Shown in pieces: positions 25,012-32,000 of a stretch of 32,000 bases of DNA; the stretch's first letter is position 1; each line of letters opens with the position of its first letter. The position numbers and the translations under genes are program-made. The notes under the pieces are model-generated. The model had not been told where the DNA came from and did no database searches. It worked only from the letters and a program-made list of their open reading frames with translations. The stretch is from Schaalia meyeri (lineage in GTDB: Bacteria; Actinomycetota; Actinomycetes; Actinomycetales; Actinomycetaceae). The DNA lies in assembly GCF_900105015.1 (NCBI RefSeq), contig NZ_FNLK01000012.1:120001-152000 (forward strand), written 5' to 3'.

Positions 25012-26016
25012 CTATTGGGCGCGCCTCGCGTCCAGGACGGCGTCGAGATCCAGGGCGACTGCTTGGTCGGCGACGACCTCGGCGGTGGAGCGGGCACCGG
25101 CCTGCGCGGTGAGGGCGATGGGGCGGGCGGGAACCACGGCGTCGATGCGAGGGATGCCGCGCAGGTCCGTGTCGGCGTGGACGATGCGTCCGCGGATGCG
25201 TTCTCGCGACGCGTAGGTGGGGGCCGGGATGGGTGCGACCGTCCAGGCGCGGGCGGGGGTGTCGGTAACCTCGACGACCTCGGGGACCTCAACGTTGAAG
25301 ACGAGGGAGCGTGAGGTTCCCGTCTGGGGTTCACCGGTCGTCGCGCGTTCGCTGGAGGCGCGGGGGGTAGCCTCGCGCGCCTCGTCCTCGTGGGATTCGT
25401 GGGCGCCCTGGGGGCGGGTCTGAGCGCCCGGGGCGGCCGCGGAGCGCCCGCCTCTGCGCACGTCGCCGCGCAGCTTCGTCAGGAGCACCATTTCGTGTTC
25501 GGAGGCGCGCTGGGAGCGAACGGCCGCGACGCGGGACGCTCCCAGCGAGGCGGCGAGCGCGGCCGCGGGGATGCTGATCCACGCGGCAGACAACAGGGAT
25601 GACGCGGCGATGACGATGCCAAGGGCGAGCGTTGCGAGCGCACAGATGCCGGAGATGACCATGCGGCGGCGGCCCGCGGCGCTCTCGGCCGCCAGTCGGG
25701 CGGCGCGGCGCGCGCGGAGTTTCGCGATGTCTCGGATCGCCTGGTTGTTGCGGCGGTCAATGACGGGCCGGGTACGTCCCGCGGTGGTCTGGTGCATGCT
25801 CTCTCCGCTCATCATTGCGCGCCTGGCCAGGAGCGTTCCGCTGGCGTGGTCGCATGTGTCTAATTCTGGCTCATTCGCGCGAATGATGCGCAGCCTCGGG
25901 GAAAAACGGTCGATTTCGCGGGACTGGGCGATGGCTGAGCGACGCGCGACCAGCGACGGTACCGTCGCCAGGAGCGCGACGAATATCGCTGCGATGACGA
26001 TTCCACCAATCTCCAC
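25012..26016 (-). CDS. sepX: Membrane protein, probable divisome protein SepX/GlpR (assigned mainly from gene context)
   Basis: 334 aa with an N-terminal hydrophobic helix (IGGIVIAAIFVALLATVPSLV), central helices (MVISGICALATLALGIVIAASSLLSAAWISIPAAALAASLGA) and a long charged or disordered tail. It lies two genes from a MoeA/Glp-type gene in the conserved galU-glp-GNAT cluster. The GTG start sits directly after GGGAGG, so the start is uncertain. Confidence 0.55.
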   Translation of the reverse strand: MEIGGIVIAAIFVALLATVPSLVARRSAIAQSREIDRFSPRLRIIRANEPELDTCDHASGTLLARRAMMSGESMHQTTAGRTRPVIDRRNNQAIRDIAKLRARRAARLAAESAAGRRRMVISGICALATLALGIVIAASSLLSAAWISIPAAALAASLGASRVAAVRSQRASEHEMVLLTKLRGDVRRGGRSAAAPGAQTRPQGAHESHEDEAREATPRASSERATTGEPQTGTSRSLVFNVEVPEVVEVTDTPARAWTVAPIPAPTYASRERIRGRIVHADTDLRGIPRIDAVVPARPIALTAQAGARSTAEVVADQAVALDLDAVLDARRAQ

Positions 26017-26257
26017 CCTCCCAACGTACGGGCGTTTTCTTGATGGCGCTTTGTGCGACGGGCGCGTGTCGAATTCTCTTACCTATCGGTAAAACAAGAA
26101 TCGTTAACAGTTGTCACACCTGAAACATATGCCTCATTCACACCACTGGGGGAAGGGCGTCTTCTCCCCTGTCTCGGCGATCGGATGCGTCGGGTGATCG
26201 GATGCGCCGGGCTGCTCCCCCGCCTCGGTGGCCTGTCACCCCGCGCCGACGACACCC

Positions 26258-26956
26258 CTACTCGATGGCTGGGCTTCCCCAGCGCCGCTGGACGAGTCCC
26301 CCCTCGGGCAGGGTTTCGGCGTCGATAAAAAAGGCAATGTGGTCGGCCCACTGGCCGCAGATATGCATGTAGCGGGGACGCAGCCCCTCCTCCACGAGGC
26401 CCAGGCCCCGACACAGACCGAGCGAACGCTCGTTTTCCGGGCGCACACACACCTCGACGCGATGTAGGCCGAGCTCGCCGACGACGAGGTCGAGGATGAG
26501 GGCCGTGACCAGGGTACCCAGGCCCCGCCCGGACCAATCGCTGAGGATCCAGTAGCCGAGCATCCCGGAGGACATGGCGCCCCAGTGGACGTTGGAAAGC
26601 GAGAATTGGCCAACGTAGCTGCCATCGACCTGGACCCCGAAGACGAGCCCGGTCCCGTCGCGCTGGTTACAGTCGGCGCGGCGCACGTACTGAGAGAACG
26701 TGGGTATGTGCTCCAGCGTGTCGGGGGGCAAGGTCGCCTCCCAGGGGCGCAGCCAGTGACCGTCGGCGCGGCGCACCGCGTCGAGCGCGCGGTGTTCCTG
26801 CCCGCGCACGGGGCGGACCACGAGTTCACGCGGGTGGGGGTTGGAATCCGGTCCGCAGCGCAGGAAGCCGCGACCAACGGGGTCCGCCACACGCAGCGTG
26901 AGCACCTCGACGTCACGCCCCCACACGCGAGCGCGGCGGGAGAAGAAACCCCTCAT
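26258..26956 (-). CDS. GNAT family N-acetyltransferase (RimJ/RimL-like)
   Basis: The segment GYWILSDWSGRGLGTLVTALILDLVVGELGLHRVEVCVRPENERSLGLCRGLGLVEEG is a typical acetyl-CoA-binding core (the R/Q-x-x-G-x-G/A motif is RGLG). The ATG at 26954-26956 overlaps the upstream TGA stop (ATGA), indicating translational coupling. The track start is at 26971. Confidence 0.85.
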   Translation of the reverse strand: MRGFFSRRARVWGRDVEVLTLRVADPVGRGFLRCGPDSNPHPRELVVRPVRGQEHRALDAVRRADGHWLRPWEATLPPDTLEHIPTFSQYVRRADCNQRDGTGLVFGVQVDGSYVGQFSLSNVHWGAMSSGMLGYWILSDWSGRGLGTLVTALILDLVVGELGLHRVEVCVRPENERSLGLCRGLGLVEEGLRPRYMHICGQWADHIAFFIDAETLPEGGLVQRRWGSPAIE

Positions 26957-28179
26957 TCGAGAACCAGGCATTGGAGGTGGTCTCCGGCCCGAACCGTGGT
27001 GACGTCTTCAGGCACGACGGCCAGGGCGTTGGAATCCGCGAGCGCGGACAGCAGCAGCGACGCGGGCGTTCCCATGACGGCGGCGCGATAACCGGAGCGC
27101 GGGTCGCCGGTCAGGCGCACGCGGACGAATTCGCGGCGTCCGCGCGGGGAGTACCATGAGCGATCGACTCCGGCGCGCACGACGGGGCGGTTGACGGCGG
27201 CCCACCCCTGCATGTGTCGCAGGGCGGGACGCACGAAGACCTCGAAGCACACCTGGGCGGACACGGGGTCGCCAGGCAGGCAGACGATGGGGGTGCCGGG
27301 GCGGTCCTCGTCTCCGCCGACGGTGCCAACCCCCATGACATGGCCGGGCCAGGCGGCGACGTTATCGAAACGGACGGTGCCCAGGGCTCCCAGGACCTCG
27401 CGGACGGTGTCGCCGCTACCATAGGAGATGCCGCCCGTCGTCAGAACCAGGTCGGCACGCACCAGCTGGTCCTCGATGGTTTCGCGCAGGCGCGCGCGCT
27501 CGTCGGGGACGGCGGCGACGCGGAAGGTTTGCGCTCCGGCGTCGGCGACGGCCGTGGCCAGGGCGTGCCCGTTCGCGTCGAAGACGGTGCCGGGGCGCGC
27601 CTCGCCCCCGGGTTCAACGATCTCATCACCGATGGAGATGATGACGACGCGCGGGCGCGGGTGAACCAGGACACGGTCGCGCCCCACCCCGGCCAGGAGT
27701 GCCATCTGGCGCGCCCCGATACGGGTTCCGGTGCGCAGCACGGTCTTCCCCTGAGCAACGTCCTCCGCGCACCGACGGATGTTCTCGCCGCTGGCGGGGC
27801 TGGTGCGCAACGCGACCTGGGCGACGCCGTGGTCCGTGAACTCGAGGGAGACCACGGCCTCGGCGCCGGTGGGCAGTGGCGCGCCCGACGCGATGCGGAT
27901 CGCCGTGCCCGGCACCAGCGCGGCCGGGTCGACGGCACCGGCACGGATCTCCTCTGTGACGGGAAGCGTCACCGGATTCTCCAGGGCGGCCCCCTCGCAG
28001 TCCCGAACGCGAACGGCATATCCGTCGCACGCCGCCAGGTCGGCGACGGGGAGATTGAAGGGGGCCTTAACGTCCTCCGCCAGCACACAGCTCACCGCGT
28101 CCGCGAGCCTGACATCGAGCGGCGGGAGGGCATGGGCGGTGGCCATGCAGTCCTGGTAGAAGTCGGCAACGCTACGCAT
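26953..28179 (-). CDS. glp: MoeA-family (gephyrin-like) molybdotransferase homologue, probably the Glp paralogue
   Basis: The sequence LPPLDVRLADAVSCVLAEDVKAPFNLPVADLAACDGYAVR is MoeA N-domain-like, and LVLTTGGISYGSGDTVREVL matches the MoCF-biosynthesis domain. The start is set at MRSVADFY (ATG 28177-28179), with GAGGA inside the end of galU. The track ORF extends to 28311. Confidence 0.85.
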   Translation of the reverse strand: MRSVADFYQDCMATAHALPPLDVRLADAVSCVLAEDVKAPFNLPVADLAACDGYAVRVRDCEGAALENPVTLPVTEEIRAGAVDPAALVPGTAIRIASGAPLPTGAEAVVSLEFTDHGVAQVALRTSPASGENIRRCAEDVAQGKTVLRTGTRIGARQMALLAGVGRDRVLVHPRPRVVIISIGDEIVEPGGEARPGTVFDANGHALATAVADAGAQTFRVAAVPDERARLRETIEDQLVRADLVLTTGGISYGSGDTVREVLGALGTVRFDNVAAWPGHVMGVGTVGGDEDRPGTPIVCLPGDPVSAQVCFEVFVRPALRHMQGWAAVNRPVVRAGVDRSWYSPRGRREFVRVRLTGDPRSGYRAAVMGTPASLLLSALADSNALAVVPEDVTTVRAGDHLQCLVLE

Positions 28180-28183
28180 GGTG

Positions 28184-29107
28184 TTAGTCCTCAAGCTTGG
28201 AGCGCAGGAACTCCTTGAGTTCCGCTCCAAGCGCCGGATCCTCAAGGGCGAGCGTGACGTTTGCTTCGAGGTATCCCAGTTTGTCCCCGGTGTCGAAGCG
28301 TCGCTCGTCAATGACTACACCGTACAACCCTCCACCCTCTTCTTCGGGGAGGTCGATCATGCGCGCGTACCCGTCTGTGAGCTGATACTCACCCCCGGCG
28401 CCCGGTTCGATGTTTTCGAGGGCCGTGAACACGGCGGGGTCCAGCAGGTAGCGTCCGACGACCGCGTACTCGGACTTAACCTCTTCAAGCGGGGGCTTCT
28501 CGGTGACGTCGGTGATGCGCATGAGCTGTCCCTCTTCGAGGTCGACGCCCTCGGGGATCGGCAGCGCCTCGACCGCGGTGGACGCGTAGGCGGTGGCCTG
28601 CTCGGGGGTCACCTTGAGGAGGGCGACGACGGTGCCGCCCAGGGCGCCTCGCACCTGGATCATCTTGCGCAGCAGCTGCGACCCCGGCTCCATGAGGTCG
28701 TCGGGCAGCAGGACGGCGCAGGGGGCGTCGCCGACGTGCGACTTAGCCTGTAGGATCGCGTGTCCCAGACCCAGGGGGTGTCCCTGGCGCACCGAGTGGA
28801 CCCGCGCGTACTTCTTGTATTCGTTGACGTATTCGAGGGCTTTGTCCTTGCCGGCCTTCTCCAGATCGGCCTCGAGGCCAGGTTCGGCATCGAAGTAGTC
28901 CTCAATCGACTGCTTTCCCGCTCGGGTCACGAAGAGGATGTCCTCGATACCGGCATCCGTGGCCTCGCGAACGATGTATTCGATCGAGGGGCGGTCGACG
29001 ACGGGCAACATTTCCTTGGGCACCGACTTCGTGATGGGCAGGAAGCGGGTTCCGCGACCGGCCGAGGGAACGACGGCATGCACTACTGACTGATATTTAT
29101 CTGACAT
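28184..29107 (-). CDS. galU: UTP--glucose-1-phosphate uridylyltransferase
   Basis: From MSDKYQSVVHAVVPSAGRGTRFLPITKSVPKEMLPVVDRPSIEYIVREA, which carries the G-x-G-T-R-x-L-P-x-T-K signature. ATG at 29105-29107. The track ORF start at 29371 adds a non-homologous extension. Confidence 0.93.
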   Translation of the reverse strand: MSDKYQSVVHAVVPSAGRGTRFLPITKSVPKEMLPVVDRPSIEYIVREATDAGIEDILFVTRAGKQSIEDYFDAEPGLEADLEKAGKDKALEYVNEYKKYARVHSVRQGHPLGLGHAILQAKSHVGDAPCAVLLPDDLMEPGSQLLRKMIQVRGALGGTVVALLKVTPEQATAYASTAVEALPIPEGVDLEEGQLMRITDVTEKPPLEEVKSEYAVVGRYLLDPAVFTALENIEPGAGGEYQLTDGYARMIDLPEEEGGGLYGVVIDERRFDTGDKLGYLEANVTLALEDPALGAELKEFLRSKLED

Positions 29108-29147
29108 ACTGCACAGCGTAGCGAATAAACGGCACGAAAGGGAGACG

Positions 29148-29783
29148 ATGGCCACAAAATCATCCCTGCGAGCGCAGGCGCGCGGCCACAGGAGGGAACG
29201 CCGCAGAGGCGCCAACCCAAGCGTTTCCACCATTCTCTCCTCCCGCCCCATTCCCACGTACGACCTGGCTGAAGCGGAAGGACTGGCGCGCCAGGTCGCC
29301 ACCTTGGCCCGGTCAATGGGAGGGGTCGCCCTGCCAGCACTCTTCGCGTCCACCCCCTTCGAGCCGGACATGTCCCTCGTGCTCGACCTGTTCCCCCGCG
29401 CCCTGCTGCCCGTTCTCGTGGACCGGGCCGGGGCCCCCCTGGGGAAACCCGGATGGGGACTGTGGGAGGAGGGCCATAAGCTGGTGACACGCGGGCACCG
29501 CCCCGCTCAACCGGACGGACCGGCGCTGCCGCCGGAGGCGATACGGGACGCAGACCTCATCATTATTCCCGCCCTGGCCGCATCCCCCCTGGGCGAGCGC
29601 CTGGGACAGGGAGGCGGCTGGTATGACCGCGCCCTTGTCCACCGCTCCCCCTCGGCGCCGATCGTCGCGATCGTCTTCGACGACGAGGTAGCGCAGCCCG
29701 GGACGATTCCCGTCGAACCACACGACGTGCCAATCGACGCAATCATCACCCCGACGCGCACGATTCACGCGTCGCCACGATAG
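29148..29783 (+). CDS. 5-formyltetrahydrofolate cyclo-ligase family protein
   Basis: 211 aa containing the family motif in GERLGQGGGWYDRAL, and VEPHDVPIDAIITP near the C-terminus. ATG with AAGGGAGA upstream. It is transcribed divergently from galU. Confidence 0.85.
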   Translation: MATKSSLRAQARGHRRERRRGANPSVSTILSSRPIPTYDLAEAEGLARQVATLARSMGGVALPALFASTPFEPDMSLVLDLFPRALLPVLVDRAGAPLGKPGWGLWEEGHKLVTRGHRPAQPDGPALPPEAIRDADLIIIPALAASPLGERLGQGGGWYDRALVHRSPSAPIVAIVFDDEVAQPGTIPVEPHDVPIDAIITPTRTIHASPR

Positions 29784-30084
29784 CTCGCGCTTTACGCCCC
29801 GCCTTGCCGAGGATGACAGAGCCGCGCTTGTCACCGTTTGTCGCCAAAATCTCACAACGGACTTTTCCGCCAAAAGCCGCGAATATCTGACCGAGTTATA
29901 AAAAAACTGCGACGAACATTACCCTCCGCCCTCTGTATTCGTAGCGAAAGTCCTCCTAGTGTTTTCCACTGTAAAGGGCGCCCACCCGGCGCACGCTCCC
30001 AGGCGGCTCCCGCCCGCCACGTCGGCTACAGGTCGACGCTCAAACTTGTCGGCTCACGCCGACCCCCTCAACACAGGAGAACCC

Positions 30085-30492
30085 ATGATTAAGGGATTCA
30101 AGGAATTCATCTCTCGCGGCAACGTCGTCGAGCTCGCCGTCGGTGTCATCATCGGTGCCGCCTTCAAGAACATCGTCGACGCCCTGGTCGACGGCATCAT
30201 CAACCCCCTCATCGCGGCCCTCATCGGCAAGCCCGATTTCTCGGACGCCTTCATCCTCACCCTGAACGGCACCGACGTCAAGTTCGGCGTCTTGATCACC
30301 GCGGTCATCAACTTCCTGCTCATGGCCATGGCGCTCTACCTGTGCATCATCATGCCGATGAACGCCCTGAACGAGCGCATGAAGAAGAAGAACGAAGAGG
30401 ACGAGGCGGCCGCCGCCGAGAAGGTCAGCGACGAGGTTAAGCTGCTGACCGAGATTCGCGACGCCCTCGCTCAGGGCAGCGCGCGTCCCTGA
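30085..30492 (+). CDS. mscL: Large-conductance mechanosensitive channel
   Basis: From MIKGFKEFISRGNVVELAVGVIIGAAFKNIVDALVDGIINPLI, a canonical MscL N-terminus. ATG at 30085 with AGGAGA 5 nt upstream. The track ORF start at 29959 is upstream junk. Confidence 0.95.
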   Translation: MIKGFKEFISRGNVVELAVGVIIGAAFKNIVDALVDGIINPLIAALIGKPDFSDAFILTLNGTDVKFGVLITAVINFLLMAMALYLCIIMPMNALNERMKKKNEEDEAAAAEKVSDEVKLLTEIRDALAQGSARP

Positions 30493-30517
30493 GCCTGTTT
30501 CCTCCTCGACGGGCCAA

Positions 30518-30560
30518 GTGGGGTCGATGCTCGCGTGAGCATCGACCCCACCCCTTTTCT
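30518..30560 (+). terminator. Rho-independent terminator of mscL
   Basis: 15-bp perfect stem, GTGGGGTCGATGCTC (30518-30532) and GAGCATCGACCCCAC (30537-30551), with loop GCGT, followed by CCCTTTTCT. Confidence 0.8.
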
Positions 30561-30783
30561 GCCTTGGCGCTACGCGCGCGGTAGAGAGTGCGGCGGCACG
30601 TTTTCCAGCAGCCGCGCGTCGTTGGCTCCGTCGCCCCGGTCGGGAGCGTCCGCCATGGACCCGGGACGTGTGTCCTCCGGGCGCACGCGATCCTCCCACG
30701 ACGGGGGCAGCCCCTCGTCCATGAGGCGGCGGTCCACGTCCGACACGAAGCGCGCGACACGGCGCCGCCTGCGCGGCGCGGCC

Positions 30784-32000
30784 TCACTCATCGAAGGCCT
30801 CCGAAGCGGAGTCAGCCTCATCCCCGTCCGCGTCGCCCGCCTTGGTGCGGCGCACAACATTGCCCAAAACGGCGTCCGACTGGAAGCCTCGGCGCGTAAT
30901 ACCCAACGCCTCGCGGAGCTCCTCCGCCATCTCCACATCCGTGCGCTCGACACCGTCCGATCGGACCCACGCCGCCATCTCATCCAGCTGATCATCCGAA
31001 TAGGCCGCGAGCGGCAGCCCCTTGGCGATCGCCGGACGAGGCCCGCGAGCCTTCTCAGACGCGCTCTCCTTACGCTTGATGGCCAGCAGCATGCCGGTCG
31101 TATCCTCGTCCACCTTGCGGCGGCGCTGGGATTCCTCGTCCAGTTCCCCATCCAGCCCCTGGTCCAGCATGGGCAGGCGCGGCGCGGCCGGAGTATCGAC
31201 GGCGTCCGTGTCGTCCTGCGGCGAGGACGATTGCGCCTCGTCCTCGACGTGCTCATCCGCCGACTCGTCCTCGACCACCCGCTCCGGGATCTCCACCGCG
31301 GGAGCCTCGTCGGGTGAACGAAGCCCCTCAAGCGCATCGAGCACGGCATCCACGATCAGGGACGCTTCCTTGTCCGGGTCGATGAACAGAGCCATCGACA
31401 GGGCCGTGTACACGGACCATCCCTGCGCCTCGAGCCAACGGGGACGGGCCCGGTCACGCACGCGCTGGCTGGGTTCTGACAGGTATTCCTCGTCGTCCGT
31501 GAGCACTGCAACCAGCAATCGCCCCGGCGAATCCGGGTGTCCGATAGCGAGCGGCACGCGCATACCGCCGGGGATCCCGACATTGGCGACGACTTCCAGG
31601 CCGCGCGAATACAGGTGGTCGGCCAGATCCACCAGCAACCGGTCCGGCTCACCGGCCAGGACCGGCCAGGCGTCCATGCCCTCGCCGGCGTGCCCCTCGG
31701 CGATCTCGATCAGGTCCACCAGCATGCGAGATCCCTCGTGGCTCAGGCGCTCACGGTCGATGTCCGCGCTGTGGAGCGCGGACACGAGCGTCAGGTCGCC
31801 GCGCACGACGCGCAGCACCCCGGCGAGGACGTCCGCCCCGTCCTCCGCGGACAAAACGCCAAAGTCGTGGATCACGCGCCCGTGAGGGGTCTTCGCGAAG
31901 CCGACCGAGAGAATTAGGGACTCGCGCGTCAGCCCGGCGACACCGTCGGTGCTCACGACGGTGAAGGGCTCCGGGGTTGCGCGATCAAAGAACGAGGCCA
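30784..32000 (-). CDS. C-terminal part of a helicase-related protein (degenerate SF1 C-terminus, restriction-endonuclease-like fold, acidic linker, DUF3320-like tail); 5' end lies outside the window
   Basis: The reading frame stays open from 31956 to the window edge (upstream codons read ASFFDRATPEPFTVV). ESLILSVGFAKTPHGRVIHDFGVLSAEDG parallels the ERDVIIxSxGY...FGPL motif of Upf1/DNA2-like helicases. MRVPLAIGHP...LLVAVLTDDEEYLS...VRDRARPRWLEAQGWSVYTALSMALFIDP parallels the C-terminal DUF559-like nuclease fold of that family. Stop codon at 30784-30786. Confidence 0.6.
   Translation of the reverse strand, partial: ASFFDRATPEPFTVVSTDGVAGLTRESLILSVGFAKTPHGRVIHDFGVLSAEDGADVLAGVLRVVRGDLTLVSALHSADIDRERLSHEGSRMLVDLIEIAEGHAGEGMDAWPVLAGEPDRLLVDLADHLYSRGLEVVANVGIPGGMRVPLAIGHPDSPGRLLVAVLTDDEEYLSEPSQRVRDRARPRWLEAQGWSVYTALSMALFIDPDKEASLIVDAVLDALEGLRSPDEAPAVEIPERVVEDESADEHVEDEAQSSSPQDDTDAVDTPAAPRLPMLDQGLDGELDEESQRRRKVDEDTTGMLLAIKRKESASEKARGPRPAIAKGLPLAAYSDDQLDEMAAWVRSDGVERTDVEMAEELREALGITRRGFQSDAVLGNVVRRTKAGDADGDEADSASEAFDE

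Noticed and set aside
24164-25216. A 350-aa plus-strand ORF and the minus-strand ORFs 24241..24663, 24347..24817 and 24387..24635.
   Set aside because: The plus-strand ORF runs through tRNA-Ala and then antisense into the SepX/GlpR-like gene. The minus-strand ORF 24347..24817 starts inside the tRNA; its MAQLVARLVRNEKVGGSNPPSS is a translated tRNA. The three overlapping minus-strand frames are open only because that strand is A-poor. None has protein-like sequence.
26236-26916. A 226-aa minus-strand ORF overlapping the GNAT gene in another frame. Also 30040..30699-, 30535..31317+, 30570..31349- and 31022..31885+ near mscL and the helicase-related gene.
   Set aside because: These are out-of-frame or antisense to ORFs with clear family motifs, and their translations are R/S/P-rich low complexity.

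Overview
High-G+C actinobacterial chromosome segment; the genus cannot be determined from this window. Positions 1-18159 are an unbroken minus-strand block of core translation and transcription genes: rplN (5' end only), the S10 operon (rpsQ rpmC rplP rpsC rplV rpsS rplB rplW rplD rplC rpsJ), tuf, fusA, rpsG, rpsL, rpoC and rpoB. I also call GC-rich terminator hairpins after tuf and rpoC, and sigma-70-like promoters upstream of rpsL and rpoB. Positions ~18.2-24.9 kb are the only accessory-looking part. They hold a 1.5-kb lower-G+C mini-island bounded by a 38-bp exact direct repeat derived from the 3' end of a tRNA(CAU) gene, carrying one orphan ORF and no integrase. Next come a fructosamine-kinase-family gene, a 674-aa DUF262 (GmrSD/BrxU-like) protein, about 1.3 kb without a credible ORF whose last 360 nt are strongly T-depleted on the plus strand, and tRNA-Ala(CGC). 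Positions 25.0-32.0 kb carry a conserved actinobacterial cluster: SepX/GlpR-like membrane protein, GNAT acetyltransferase, MoeA/Glp, GalU, 5-formyl-THF cyclo-ligase, MscL, and the 3' part of a degenerate helicase-related gene. I saw no CRISPR array, transposase or integrase. The best candidates for something new are the integrase-less tRNA-flanked mini-island with its orphan protein, the DUF262 single-gene defence candidate, and the adjacent ORF-less compositionally skewed region. All family assignments come from motif recognition by eye and need HMM or BLAST confirmation.
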